Source: Candidatus Eiseniibacteriota bacterium (GTDB lineage: Bacteria > Eisenbacteria > RBG-16-71-46). Taken from it: a DNA stretch of 64,000 bases. The notes beneath the pieces were generated by a model. It had not been told where the DNA came from, made no database searches, and saw nothing but the letters and a program-made list of their open reading frames with translations. Below, piece by piece: positions 18,055 to 28,103 of the stretch (position 1 is its first letter; every line of letters begins with the position of its first letter). The stretch covers positions 704,001 to 768,000 of the forward strand of contig CAVSAC010000014.1 of the NCBI GenBank assembly GCA_963725865.1, in the 5' to 3' direction. Position numbers and translations under genes: made by a program.

Positions 18055-19893
18055 TCAGCGACCCTTCCCGCGGCGCTTGGAGCCGCCGCGCTCCTCCTCC
18101 ACGACCACGGCCATCGAGACCCCGCTGTCCGTCCTCAGGGCCAGCCACTGCTGGACCGCGGTCAGCACGTTCATCCACGTCCAGTAGAGCACCAGCCCCG
18201 ACGGCAGGTTGTAGAAGAACACCAGCATCATGATGTTCATCATGTACATGGTCGGCGCCTGCCGCGGGTCGGTCGGCGTCATCTTCTGCGTCAGGAAGCC
18301 GGAGCCTGCCATCAGCAGCGGCAGCAGACGCAGCGGCCACGGCGAGCCGGGAATCGGCAGCAGCACGTCGGGCGCGGACAGGTCGTTGATCCACGCCACG
18401 AACGGCGCCTGCCGCAGCTCGATCGCGTTGAACAGCACCTGGTAGAGCGCGAGGAACAGCGGCATCTGAAGCAGCATCGGCAGGCAGCCGCCCGCCGGGT
18501 TCACCTTGTTCTCCTTGTACAGCGCCATCATCGCGGTGTTCATCGCCTGCGCATCGTCCTTGTACTTCTCGCGCACGCGCTCGATCTCGGGCTGCAGGCG
18601 CTGCATCGCGCGCATGCTCTTGATGCTCGTCATGTTGAGCGGGTGGAGCAGCAGCCGCACCAGGGTGGCGAGCAGCAGGATGGCGATGCCGAAGTTCGGC
18701 AGCAGGCGATAGAGCGCGTTGAGACCCTGCAGCAACAGCGTGCTGACCGGCAGCAGCCAGTTCCAGCCCATGTCGACCACACGCTCGAGCTGCAGCTTGA
18801 GTGCCGCGAGCCGGTGGTATTCGCTCGGTCCCACGTACACCACGAAGCGGTCCGCGGCGGCGCCCGGCGCCGACAGGCCCATGATCAGCCGATTGACGAC
18901 CAGCGGCTGCTCGGCGTGGCTTCCCGACGGCAGCAGCTTCAACTCGGCCGGATCGAGGGTGCGCATCTCCGCCACTTCCTCGACTCCGCGGGCGATGCCG
19001 TGCTGGACGGCGGTCAGCGCCACGAAGTAGCGCGTCTGCACGCCGGCCCACTGGACGCTGCCGTCGAGGCGCTTCGGGCCCTTCAGCAGCGACCGCGCGG
19101 CTTCCCGGCGGACGTTCTTGCCGAGCATCGCGGAAGCCCGCAGCATGCGCGCGTCCGCGACCAGGTCGTGCTCGGTCACCTCGGGCCACGAGCGCATCGT
19201 GAGCGCGTAGTCGTCGAGCCGCCACCCCGACGGCACCCCGGTGACCGCGACCTCGAGGTCGAGCGCGTAGTCCTGCGGCCGCACCCGCCAGGTCTGGCGC
19301 ACGCTCGCGCCGGCGCTGTCGCGCGTCGTGAACGTGAGCCCACGGATCGCGCCCGCGGCGTCGGTGCTCTCGGCCACCTCGTACACCACCGCATCGAGCG
19401 GCCGTCGCGTTGCACCGGAGCCGAGCTCGATCCCGAACACCGGCTCGCCGACGAGCATGACCCGATGCCCCGCGGGCACCTCCCGACCGTGCGGATGCGG
19501 CGCGCTCGCCGCGCCGAAGGAATCGTAGGCCGCGGCATAGTGCTTGAGCTCGACCGACATCAGCCGCGCTCCGCGATTCGTGAACGTGGCGCGATAGAGC
19601 GGAGTGTCGACCACGTAGATGTGTTCGGACGCGATGGTCGCGGGCTGGAAGGTCACGGGCGGCGCGGGCGCCGCGGCCGGCGCGCCGGCGATCGCGCCGG
19701 CAGCCGCGGTGGGCGCGCTGTCCGTCGGCGCCGGCGTGGCTCGTTCGCCGGGGCGCTCGGGAGCGGTGGCAGTCGGGCCCGGGCGGCGCGGCGCATCGAG
19801 GTAGCGGCCGAGTCCGGCCATTCGCATGAGCGGCTGCCAGAACAGGATGAGGACGATGCACAGCGCGATGGCGACGAGGCTCTTGCGTTCCAT
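18055..19893 (-). CDS. yidC: Membrane protein insertase YidC
   Basis: 'NFGIAILL', 'LQPEI', 'VNPAGGCLPMLLQMP', 'WINDLSAPD', 'PSGLVLYW'. Confidence 0.98.
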   Translation of the reverse strand: MERKSLVAIALCIVLILFWQPLMRMAGLGRYLDAPRRPGPTATAPERPGERATPAPTDSAPTAAAGAIAGAPAAAPAPPVTFQPATIASEHIYVVDTPLYRATFTNRGARLMSVELKHYAAAYDSFGAASAPHPHGREVPAGHRVMLVGEPVFGIELGSGATRRPLDAVVYEVAESTDAAGAIRGLTFTTRDSAGASVRQTWRVRPQDYALDLEVAVTGVPSGWRLDDYALTMRSWPEVTEHDLVADARMLRASAMLGKNVRREAARSLLKGPKRLDGSVQWAGVQTRYFVALTAVQHGIARGVEEVAEMRTLDPAELKLLPSGSHAEQPLVVNRLIMGLSAPGAAADRFVVYVGPSEYHRLAALKLQLERVVDMGWNWLLPVSTLLLQGLNALYRLLPNFGIAILLLATLVRLLLHPLNMTSIKSMRAMQRLQPEIERVREKYKDDAQAMNTAMMALYKENKVNPAGGCLPMLLQMPLFLALYQVLFNAIELRQAPFVAWINDLSAPDVLLPIPGSPWPLRLLPLLMAGSGFLTQKMTPTDPRQAPTMYMMNIMMLVFFYNLPSGLVLYWTWMNVLTAVQQWLALRTDSGVSMAVVVEEERGGSKRRGKGR

Positions 19894-19896
19894 GGG

Positions 19897-20118
19897 TCAG
19901 GGCACCGGGTCGTAGCCGCTCGCGCCGAGCGGGTGGCAGCGCGCGATGCGTCGCATCGCCAGCCACAGGCCGCGCGCGACGCCGTGGCGCGCCACTGCAG
20001 CGTGGGCGTAAGCGGAACAGGTGGGATGGAAGCGGCAGGCGCCACGCCATGCGGATGGGACGAGGCGCTGGTAACCGCGGATGAGCGCGAGCACGAATGC
20101 GCGGCCGAGGTCAGACAT
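19897..20118 (-). CDS. yidD: Membrane protein insertion efficiency factor YidD
   Basis: '[10 protein letters not shown]', 'RIARCHP', 'GYDPVP'. Confidence 0.96.
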   Translation of the reverse strand: MSDLGRAFVLALIRGYQRLVPSAWRGACRFHPTCSAYAHAAVARHGVARGLWLAMRRIARCHPLGASGYDPVP

Positions 20119-20497
20119 CGCGCTGGTCGTGGCTCGCCATCGCGCCGGCGCGCGTCAGCAGCGACTCGACGTCGCGGACGAGCTCCGGGTGTGGTGCGGT
20201 CAGGGTGGAACGGAAGGCCACGAATACCATCCAGAGCCCCTGCGGTGGCAGGTGCGCGAATCGCCGGCGCACGATCTCACGCAGCCGCCGGCGCGCCCGG
20301 TTGCGCTGAACCGCCCCTCCGACACCGCGCCGGCTCGCCACGAATCCCACGCGCGTGGGTGCATCGGCCTGGGCGAGCGAGAGCAGCAGACAGTGCCGCC
20401 CGCGCAGCGCGTTGGCCCGCGACTTGACGGCCGCGTGCTCCTGCGACGTGCGCAGTCGCCGCGCGCGGTCCCAGCGCTCCGGATGACGGTCGGTCAT
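20111..20497 (-). CDS. rnpA: Ribonuclease P protein component
   Basis: '[26 protein letters not shown]' RNR motif; synteny. Confidence 0.93.
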   Translation of the reverse strand: MTDRHPERWDRARRLRTSQEHAAVKSRANALRGRHCLLLSLAQADAPTRVGFVASRRGVGGAVQRNRARRRLREIVRRRFAHLPPQGLWMVFVAFRSTLTAPHPELVRDVESLLTRAGAMASHDQRDV

Positions 20498-20604
20498 GCC
20501 GCTCCATCCGGCGTCCATCTCGCGGTCGTGCGCAGGCACGCCGCGCCGGCATACGGGCGCGAGACTCGCGAGGCCGTACGACAAGGAAGGACGTCCGGGG
20601 ACGA

Positions 20605-20748
20605 CTACTGGTCGGAGACGGTCAGGCGCTTCCGGCCGCGGGCGCGACGGGCCGCGATGACCTTGCGGCCACCTTTGGTCGACATGCGCGCGCGGAAGCC
20701 GTGCGTCTTGAACTTGTGGCGGTTGCGGGGTCGGAACGTGCGCTTCAT
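20605..20748 (-). CDS. rpmH: 50S ribosomal protein L34
   Basis: MKRTFRP...[28 protein letters not shown]. Confidence 0.98.
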   Translation of the reverse strand: MKRTFRPRNRHKFKTHGFRARMSTKGGRKVIAARRARGRKRLTVSDQ

Positions 20749-20795
20749 GAGGACGGAGACTCCACGAAAAGGGTCTGGTCGTGATGAGACGCGGC

Positions 20796-20825
20796 AGGTT
20801 ACGGGAGCCGGCGGGGCCGCGTCAA
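20796..20825 (-). promoter_or_regulatory. sigma70-type promoter of the rpmH operon
   Basis: Minus strand TTGACG-N18-TAACCT. Confidence 0.7.
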
Positions 20826-21041
20826 GGACCGGGGGACGGTTTCGCCGCTCCTGGCGGGCGTCCGAGCGCGGTCCCGAGCGCGCCCGCGAATCGCCACGCA
20901 CCCGCCGGGAACGGGTTCAGGTGGCTGCGGCACTTGCCGATACCTCTCGCGAACCGCGTTCCTCGAGGGGCGGACCTCCGCTCCCCGGATGGCAGCCTTC
21001 GACGACGCCGCGTGTGTGACGCGGCGCACTGCGGCAGGTCG

Positions 21042-22799
21042 ATGCCCGGAGTTCCGGAATCCAGCGCCCGCATGGGCAGCCTGCGCGATCTCTCCCCGAT
21101 CGCCCAGGCCACCGCCTTGTGGCTCAGACAGCTCGCGCGCGCGCTGCGCACGATCCGGCTCTATCGCACCGAGAACAGCGTCTCGTCCCAGCTGCGGGAC
21201 TCCGTGGCCGAGGCCATCGAACGGATCGTGAACGAGTTCGGCGACGTCGAGATGCGGATCGGCGCGACCGAGATCCTGCTGGGCGGCGAGGCGATCGTGC
21301 GTCCGGCCGGGAGCCCGGATGGGCTGACCGACCCGGTCGAGACGCTCCCGTTCCTGTTCTACCGGGACGGCATCCGCGGACTCCGGATCCTCCGCGGCGT
21401 GCCCCGCAGCGAGATCGGCGCGCTTCTGCGCGGACTGACCGCGGTCAGCTCCGGGCCGAACGCGCAGGACGACCTCGTCACGCTGCTCTGGCAGTGCAAC
21501 CTGCTCTACGTCCAGATCGAGACCGTCCCGCTCGAGCAGACCATCTACCTGAGCGCACGCCGGCCCACCGGCCAGGATGGCGGCGACGTCCGCGGGCAGT
21601 CCTATCTGCTGCATCCCGGCGGCGCCGAGATCCGCGCCGAGCTCGGACAGGCGGCCGGGCCCCAGGGGCTCCACCGCGACACGTTCGACGACTGGCCGCT
21701 GCCCGCTCAGTGGCCGGACGCGGTCGACATCTGGAGCCGCACGTTCGTCGCCATGCAGGCCTCGCTCGAGCTGTTCCTCGAGCGCTGCCGCGACGAGCAG
21801 GCCGAGGGCTGGACGCTGCCGGTGAAGCCGACCATCGACCGCATGCTCACCCTCGATCCCACCGAACCGATGCGCCTGGCCCTGGTTCGCGCGGCAGTCT
21901 CGTGGGTGGCCTCGGCGCTCCAACGCTGCGCCTGGGACGAGGCCCAGGTCGCGCTCGGGCAGCTGCGCGAGCTCGATCCCGAACGGCAGCTCGGCGAGGA
22001 GGACCTCGCCTCCGCGGTCGCCGGGCTCGACCACCAGCTCGTCACCGACAGCCTCGATCTGGCCGAGGCCGACGATCATTCGCGCTTCGCGGCCATCGTG
22101 GTTGCCATCGGCAAGCCCGCGCTCGATCTCGCGACGTCGGTCATGGCGCGGTCCGAGAAGGTGCGCGTGCGCGCGGCGGCGTGCACCGCGCTCACCTACC
22201 TGTGCAGCGACGATCCCGCGCTGCTGCGCCGCTACGTCGAGGACTCGCGCTGGGAGATCGTCCGCAACACGGTGTTCGTGCTCGGACAGATCGGCGGCGT
22301 CGACGTGGTTCCGCTGCTGCGGACCGCCGCGACGAACCACGAGCACCGCGTGCGCCGCATGGTGGTGCAGGCGGCGGGCAACGTGCCGCGCGAGTACCGC
22401 ATCCCCATCCTGGTGGCGCAGCTCGACAGCCGCGATCCCCAGGTGCTCGCGGCCGCCCTCAACATGTTGACCCGCGAGAAGAGCTCCAAGGTCGCGCGCG
22501 CCATCCTCGACCGCATCGAGGCGCCGGACTTCGAATCGCGCAGCGAGGACAACCAGCGCGCGCTGTTCAACGGGCTCTCCGAGGTCGCCGAGGACAGCGT
22601 GGTCGGGCCGCTCGAGCAGCTGCTCAACAAAGGCGGCTGGTTCGCCCGCCGCTCGCTCGAGCGCGTCGCGGCCGCCCGCACGCTGCGCCGGATCGGCAGC
22701 GAGAAGGCCATGGCGGTGCTCGACGCCGGGCTGCGCTCGCGCGTGGAAGCGGTGCGCAGCGCGTGCCTCGAGGCCATGAGCACGAGGATGCAGGGATGA
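21042..22799 (+). CDS. HEAT-repeat protein with unnamed N-terminal domain
   Basis: HEAT-PBS repeats 'DSRWEIVRNTVFVLGQIG', 'HEHRVRRMVVQAAG', 'AAARTLRRIG'; start may be 21072. Confidence 0.85.
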   Translation: MPGVPESSARMGSLRDLSPIAQATALWLRQLARALRTIRLYRTENSVSSQLRDSVAEAIERIVNEFGDVEMRIGATEILLGGEAIVRPAGSPDGLTDPVETLPFLFYRDGIRGLRILRGVPRSEIGALLRGLTAVSSGPNAQDDLVTLLWQCNLLYVQIETVPLEQTIYLSARRPTGQDGGDVRGQSYLLHPGGAEIRAELGQAAGPQGLHRDTFDDWPLPAQWPDAVDIWSRTFVAMQASLELFLERCRDEQAEGWTLPVKPTIDRMLTLDPTEPMRLALVRAAVSWVASALQRCAWDEAQVALGQLRELDPERQLGEEDLASAVAGLDHQLVTDSLDLAEADDHSRFAAIVVAIGKPALDLATSVMARSEKVRVRAAACTALTYLCSDDPALLRRYVEDSRWEIVRNTVFVLGQIGGVDVVPLLRTAATNHEHRVRRMVVQAAGNVPREYRIPILVAQLDSRDPQVLAAALNMLTREKSSKVARAILDRIEAPDFESRSEDNQRALFNGLSEVAEDSVVGPLEQLLNKGGWFARRSLERVAAARTLRRIGSEKAMAVLDAGLRSRVEAVRSACLEAMSTRMQG

Positions 22800-24322
22800 C
22801 CAACCAACCGCCCGGATCCCTGCGCCCCTACGACGAGCGCCTGCGCGCGCTCGGCGACCAGATCGTGCAGCGCTTCCTGGCGCTGGTGCGGGTGGGTCGT
22901 TCGTACGAGGTCGGCAATCAGGTGTTCCGCTTCCAGCTCCAGCACTTCCTCGACGCCATCCGCCCGGTGTTCGACGACGCCGAGGAGGCGGTGCTGGTCG
23001 CGCTCGAGAGCGACCTGTACCTGAACGGCGTGCGCATCCCGGTGCGCAATCAGACCTTCAAGTCGCACGAGCTGCTGCGCGAGGAGTTCGAGCGGCGGCG
23101 CATCGCCGGCCTGCGCGTGACCCCCGAAGTCTGCGAGGAGGACGTGCAGCGGTTCTTCGCATTGTTCCTGCGCCCCGGCGACTATCACGGCACCGGACTG
23201 CTCGAAACCTGTCTGGCCGAGGGCCTGAACGCCATCCAGCCGGCGGTGCACGCCACGACGTCGCTGCCGGAAGCCGCCGGCGCCGGCATGGCCGGTTTCG
23301 CGGACACCGACATCGCCCGGCCGGTCACGTTCTCCCACGACTACGACGACGAGGCCCACGAGAGCGGCCCGCCCACCGCCCCCGGCGAGGCCGGCTCCGC
23401 GCCGCGCGGCTCGGCGCCCAAGTCCTTCCACGCGGCGGTGGCCGGCGCGCGCTCGCTGCTGATGACGACCGCGCTCAACGACTCGATCGAGATCCGCCAC
23501 GCCAAGCGCGTGGTGCAGCCGCTCGTGGACGGAGCCTTCGCGAACGAGCCGGTGGTGATGGGACTCTCGTCCATGGGACACCACGACGAGTACACCTACA
23601 TGCACGCGGTCAACGTGGGCATGGTGGCGGTCACCGTCGGGCACTTCCTGGGCCTCGACCGGCGCCTGCTGGCCGACCTCGGGGTGGCCGCGCTGCTGCA
23701 CGACGTCGGCAAGTCGGCGGTCGCCGACCAGGTGCGCCATCCGCTCGGCGAGTGGAGCCCCGAGGAGCGCGCGGCCGCCGAGCGCCACACGCTCGAAGGT
23801 GCGCGCCAGATCGCGCGCTCGACGGTGCTCAACGGGACCACCCTGCGCTGCATGCGGGTCGCCCTCGAGCATCACTCCGGCCCCGGCGGCTATCCGCGGC
23901 TCGACGACTGGACGCCGAGCGTGCTGTCGCAGATCGTCGCCGTCTCCGACTGCTACGTCAGCCTGCTCTCGCACCGGAGCGATCGTGGTCAGGGCGTGAC
24001 GCCGAACCAGGCCATCGCGATGATGCTCGGCCCGCTCGCCTCGCGATTCGAGCCGGCGCTGCTGTGGGCGCTGGTGAAATCCGTCGGCCTGTTCCCGCCC
24101 GGCCAGATGGTGGAACTCAGCGACGGATCGAAGGCAGTGGTGCTGGCGCCCAATCCCGAGGACCTGCTGCGCCCTCACGTCCGAGTGGTGACCAGTCCCG
24201 AGGGCGAATGGCTCGTGGAGAGCCGGCGCGTGGACCACCGGCCGCTCAAGGAAGCGCTCCACATCCGCTACGCCCTGCGCGCCGAGGACTATCCGATGCC
24301 GCCGGAGAGCCGCGCGGCCTGA
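22796..24322 (+). CDS. HD-GYP-like phosphohydrolase
   Basis: 'HDEYTYMHAVNV', 'LLHDVGK', 'HTLEG', 'EHHSGPGGYP', 'VAVSDCY'; ATGA overlap with upstream gene. Confidence 0.88.
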   Translation: MTNQPPGSLRPYDERLRALGDQIVQRFLALVRVGRSYEVGNQVFRFQLQHFLDAIRPVFDDAEEAVLVALESDLYLNGVRIPVRNQTFKSHELLREEFERRRIAGLRVTPEVCEEDVQRFFALFLRPGDYHGTGLLETCLAEGLNAIQPAVHATTSLPEAAGAGMAGFADTDIARPVTFSHDYDDEAHESGPPTAPGEAGSAPRGSAPKSFHAAVAGARSLLMTTALNDSIEIRHAKRVVQPLVDGAFANEPVVMGLSSMGHHDEYTYMHAVNVGMVAVTVGHFLGLDRRLLADLGVAALLHDVGKSAVADQVRHPLGEWSPEERAAAERHTLEGARQIARSTVLNGTTLRCMRVALEHHSGPGGYPRLDDWTPSVLSQIVAVSDCYVSLLSHRSDRGQGVTPNQAIAMMLGPLASRFEPALLWALVKSVGLFPPGQMVELSDGSKAVVLAPNPEDLLRPHVRVVTSPEGEWLVESRRVDHRPLKEALHIRYALRAEDYPMPPESRAA

Positions 24323-24355
24323 GCGCCCCCGCGCCGCGCGCGGGATCGCGCGGCG

Positions 24356-25936
24356 TCAGGCGGCGTCGCGTACCTGGGGGGCGGCGAGCGACTCGGCGAG
24401 CGCCAGCGGCAGGCGCAACCAGAACGTGCTGCCCTGGCCGGCCCGGCTGTTCACGCCCACGTGTCCGCCATGCAGTTCGGTGATGCGCTTGACGAGGTGC
24501 AGGCCGATGCCGAGCCCACCGCGGCCGCCGGAGAGCCCTTCGACCCCCTGTCCGAACAGCTCGAAGATGGTCGCGGCGTCCTCCGGGCGCACGCCCGGGC
24601 CGTCGTCCTGGACCTCGACGCGGACGAAGTCCCCCTCGCAGAACGTGCGCACGTGCACGACCGACTTCTCGGGGCTGAATTTCACCGCGTTCGCCAGCAG
24701 GTTCACCACCACCTGGCGCATCTTCACCTCGTCGAGCTGCAGCGGCGGCGCCTCGTCGGCGAACGCCTCCTCGAGCGTCACGCCGCGCTTGGCGGCCAGC
24801 GATCGCGAGGTCTCGACCGCCGCGTGCGTCACCTCGCGCACGCTCACCGCGACGCGCCGGAGCACCAGCCTGCCGCTCTCGAGCCGCGAAAGGTCGAGGA
24901 TGTCCTCGATCAGCGCGAGCAGGCGCCCCGCCTCGGAGCGCAGGCGGCGCAGGAACTCGACCCGCTGGCCACTGTCGATGCGGCCCTCGTTGTCGTCGAG
25001 CAGCTCCGCGTACGCGATGACCGAGGTGAGCGGGGTCTTCAGCTCGTGGCTGGTGGTCGAGAGGAACACGTCCTTGAGCCGGTTGGCTTCGACCAGCCGC
25101 ACGTTGTCGGCCTCCAGCTCGCGCGTCCGGGTCCCCAGCCGCTCCATGGTCTCGGCGCGATCGATCACCGCGCCCACGTGCTCGGCGAACATCTGGAGCA
25201 GCTCGCGATGGTGGTCCTCGAAGCGCTCCGGGTGGTTGATGCGGTTCACGTTGAGCACGCCGACGCAGCGCTCGCCGACCCGCAGGGGCAGCGAGACGGC
25301 CGAGGTGATGTTGCGGTCGGGCTTGAAGTGCCGGCCCAGCTCCTCGGACTGCGACTTCTCGGTCAGCAGCACCGCCTCCTGGCGCTCCGCCACCCAGCCG
25401 GCGATGCCTTCGCCGAGGCGCGCCTTGGCGTGGCGCGCGTACTCGGACTCCAGGCCGTACGAGGCACGGGTCTCGAGCACGCCGGTCTCGGGGTTGTAGA
25501 TCATCACCGAGGCCTGCTGCGCCCGCAGCGTGGACACCACGCGCCGCACGATGATCTCGAGGATCACATCGAGGCGCAGCTGCAGGTTGAGCGTGGTGGA
25601 CACCTGGAACAGCGCCGACAGCTCGGAGAGCCGGGTGCGGATGTCCTCCTTGTCCTGTTCCTCGCGCTGCAACGCCCGCTGCATGCGATTGAGCTCGACC
25701 TGCTTCAGCACCGTGTACAGGCAGAACACCAGGATCAGCCCGGCGAGCCCGATCAGCAGGACGTAGCTGGTGCTTGCCGGCGCGCGGCCTTCCACGCCGC
25801 CGACCGCCTGGAGCATCGGCAGATACAGGAGCGGGATCGCGGCGGTGAGGGCCAGCAGCAGCAGGAGGGTGACCGCCCACAGCAGCCATCCGCGGCGGAC
25901 GAGTCGATCCCACTTCGTTGCGGGGCGATGGCTCAT
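24356..25936 (-). CDS. Membrane sensor histidine kinase with GAF domain
   Basis: Two TMs, GAF 'GEGIAGWVA', H-box 'SHELKTPLT', N-box 'NLLANAVKF', G boxes 'DDGPG', 'GLGIGL'. Confidence 0.95.
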   Translation of the reverse strand: MSHRPATKWDRLVRRGWLLWAVTLLLLLALTAAIPLLYLPMLQAVGGVEGRAPASTSYVLLIGLAGLILVFCLYTVLKQVELNRMQRALQREEQDKEDIRTRLSELSALFQVSTTLNLQLRLDVILEIIVRRVVSTLRAQQASVMIYNPETGVLETRASYGLESEYARHAKARLGEGIAGWVAERQEAVLLTEKSQSEELGRHFKPDRNITSAVSLPLRVGERCVGVLNVNRINHPERFEDHHRELLQMFAEHVGAVIDRAETMERLGTRTRELEADNVRLVEANRLKDVFLSTTSHELKTPLTSVIAYAELLDDNEGRIDSGQRVEFLRRLRSEAGRLLALIEDILDLSRLESGRLVLRRVAVSVREVTHAAVETSRSLAAKRGVTLEEAFADEAPPLQLDEVKMRQVVVNLLANAVKFSPEKSVVHVRTFCEGDFVRVEVQDDGPGVRPEDAATIFELFGQGVEGLSGGRGGLGIGLHLVKRITELHGGHVGVNSRAGQGSTFWLRLPLALAESLAAPQVRDAA

Positions 25937-26068
25937 CGAGAGAGACTCCCTGCCTCAGGGGCGCGCGCGCGCTTCGTAGGGCGCCCGACGAGGGCGTTAT
26001 CGTCCGGGCGGGGCAAGGACTTGCGCGCTTTTCGCCGCGCGCCGGCCGGCCTGCTAGATTGCCCGGGC

Positions 26069-28087
26069 GTGAACGCTCCTCGACGTCTCTCGAACGGATT
26101 GCTGGCGCTGCTGCTGGCCGCCGGACTCGCCGTCCTCTACCGCGCGCCGCTCGCCACCGGTTTCCTCAACGACGACCACCTGTTCCTCGAGGAGGCCAGT
26201 ACCCGCGCGCTGCCCGGGTCGCTGTTCGATATGGGAGCGCTCGGGAACTACTACCGGCCGCTCTCGCGCCAGATGTGGTTCGCGGCGCTGACGCCGCTCG
26301 GCGGCGGCCAGTCGTTGGTGTTCCACCTGGCGCAGTTCGCGCTGTTCCTGGTCGCGCTCGCCCTGCTGGCGGACCTGCTGCTCGCGCTGCTCCCGGCCGG
26401 AGCGGTCCTGTTGGGCGTGGTCGTGTTCGCGTTGCTGCCGCTGCAGCGCGTGATCCTGACCTGGATCTCGTGCGACCAGGACCTGCTGGCGCTCACCGGC
26501 GTGCTGGCGGCGCTCGCGCTGTGGCGACGGGGGCGCACGCTGCCGGCTGCCATCGCCTATCTCGGTGCGCTCGCGAGCAAGGAGACCGCGCTGCCGCTGC
26601 CCGCGGCGCTGGCCGCCTGGCACCTGTGGATCGAGCGCCGCCCGGCACGCGCGCTGCCGGCCCGGATCGGCCCGTTCGCGGCGCTGGCGGTCGGCTGGGT
26701 TGGGGTGCTGCTCGCGATGCGCGCGCGGCAGCCCCTCGCGGCCGCTCCGTTGCAGCTCGGCGTCGCCGACTTCGCGGCCGGGTACGTGCACGGGATTCAG
26801 GCGATGCTCGGACTCGACGACCCTCCCAGCGTGCTCCCCGCGCTGCTGGCCCGGCTGCCGGATCTCGCAGCGCTGGCGCTGCTCGCTCCGCTCGCCTGGT
26901 GGATGGGAACGCGGCCCCCGGCCGACTCCGAACACGCAAGGCCGGCGCCCGCCGCGATCGCGGCGTTCGCGCTCGCATGGATCGCGCTGTTCGCGCTCGT
27001 CACCGGGCCGGTGAGCTACGCGTGGAGCTCGTACTACTACCTGCTCGCCGCGGTCGGTGGTGCGGTCCTGACGGCGCTCGCCTGCCGCCGCATCACCCGC
27101 CCGGGCGCTCTCGCGCTCGTGGTGGCGCTCGCGTGGTGGCATGCGGGGGCCACAGGCGTGCGCGCGTTCGCGGTCCGCGACGGGCGCTGGCAGTGGACCT
27201 CGCACCTGACCGCGTTCTACTTCGAGCGCGGCGCGCGCCTGACCGCCGAGCTCGCCCGCGAGTTGCGGACCGCGGAGCCCGCCCCGCCCGCGGGAACGCG
27301 CTTCTTCTTCCTCACGCTCCCTCCGTGGGCCGGCTTCCAGATGGGCAACGGCGCACTGGTCCGCTCGCTCTACCGCGACCCGTCCCTGGCGTCGCATTTC
27401 TACAGCACGTTCTCGGAATCGACGGCGGCCGAGCACCCCTGCCGGTTCCTCTACTGGGACGGGGACTCGCTGCGCCATCTCTACGGCCGTGCCCACGACC
27501 CGTGGTTCCAGATCGGCGGCGACCTGCTGCTGCTCGACCGACCGCAAGGCGCCATGCACGCGTTCCGGCGCGGACTGGCCGCTGGCGAGGATCCGCAGGA
27601 CCACCTCTATTGGCTGGGCTGGGCTTCGCTGTGGGGGGGGCGCCGCGATCTCGCGGAGTCGGCGTGGAAGGCCTTCGGGGCCGCTGACGATTCGCTGTCG
27701 TGGTTCACGTCGATGCGCGCGGCGCGCAGCGCGCTGATCGACGCGCGCGACACGCTCGCCACCCGGCGGCTGCTGGTCGGCGCGATCCGGTCCGGGATCG
27801 GGCTGCCCGACGCACACGCGGTGCTCGGGGAGCTCCTGATGCCGGCGCAGCCGAAGTACGGCATGCTCGAGCTCAAGGTCGCGACCTGGCTCAAGCCCGG
27901 TGACTGGATGGCACGGCGCGGGCTGCTGCTCGCGTTGACCGACGCGCGGCTCGACGACGCGGCCCGCGCACAGCTGGAGGAACTCGAGCGCCGCTGGGAC
28001 GGCGCGCGACGCGATCCGCAGGTGCTCCACGCGGACTCGCTGCTGCGCCAGCGCTCCGGGCCGGCCCTGGACGTGGTGCGGTTCTGA
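26069..28087 (+). CDS. GT-C fold integral membrane glycosyltransferase-like protein with C-terminal TPR-like region
   Basis: 'GFLNDD' after TM1, 'YYRPL', 'LASKETA', many TMs (TMTC/ArnT-like pattern). Confidence 0.7.
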   Translation: MNAPRRLSNGLLALLLAAGLAVLYRAPLATGFLNDDHLFLEEASTRALPGSLFDMGALGNYYRPLSRQMWFAALTPLGGGQSLVFHLAQFALFLVALALLADLLLALLPAGAVLLGVVVFALLPLQRVILTWISCDQDLLALTGVLAALALWRRGRTLPAAIAYLGALASKETALPLPAALAAWHLWIERRPARALPARIGPFAALAVGWVGVLLAMRARQPLAAAPLQLGVADFAAGYVHGIQAMLGLDDPPSVLPALLARLPDLAALALLAPLAWWMGTRPPADSEHARPAPAAIAAFALAWIALFALVTGPVSYAWSSYYYLLAAVGGAVLTALACRRITRPGALALVVALAWWHAGATGVRAFAVRDGRWQWTSHLTAFYFERGARLTAELARELRTAEPAPPAGTRFFFLTLPPWAGFQMGNGALVRSLYRDPSLASHFYSTFSESTAAEHPCRFLYWDGDSLRHLYGRAHDPWFQIGGDLLLLDRPQGAMHAFRRGLAAGEDPQDHLYWLGWASLWGGRRDLAESAWKAFGAADDSLSWFTSMRAARSALIDARDTLATRRLLVGAIRSGIGLPDAHAVLGELLMPAQPKYGMLELKVATWLKPGDWMARRGLLLALTDARLDDAARAQLEELERRWDGARRDPQVLHADSLLRQRSGPALDVVRF

Positions 28088-28103
28088 AGGGAGAGGACGA
28101 GGC

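Noticed and set aside
21119..28087. 1067-aa and 1208-aa ORFs as single large proteins
   Set aside because: Only their 3' parts (from 22796 and 26069) are real; upstream parts overlap other genes.
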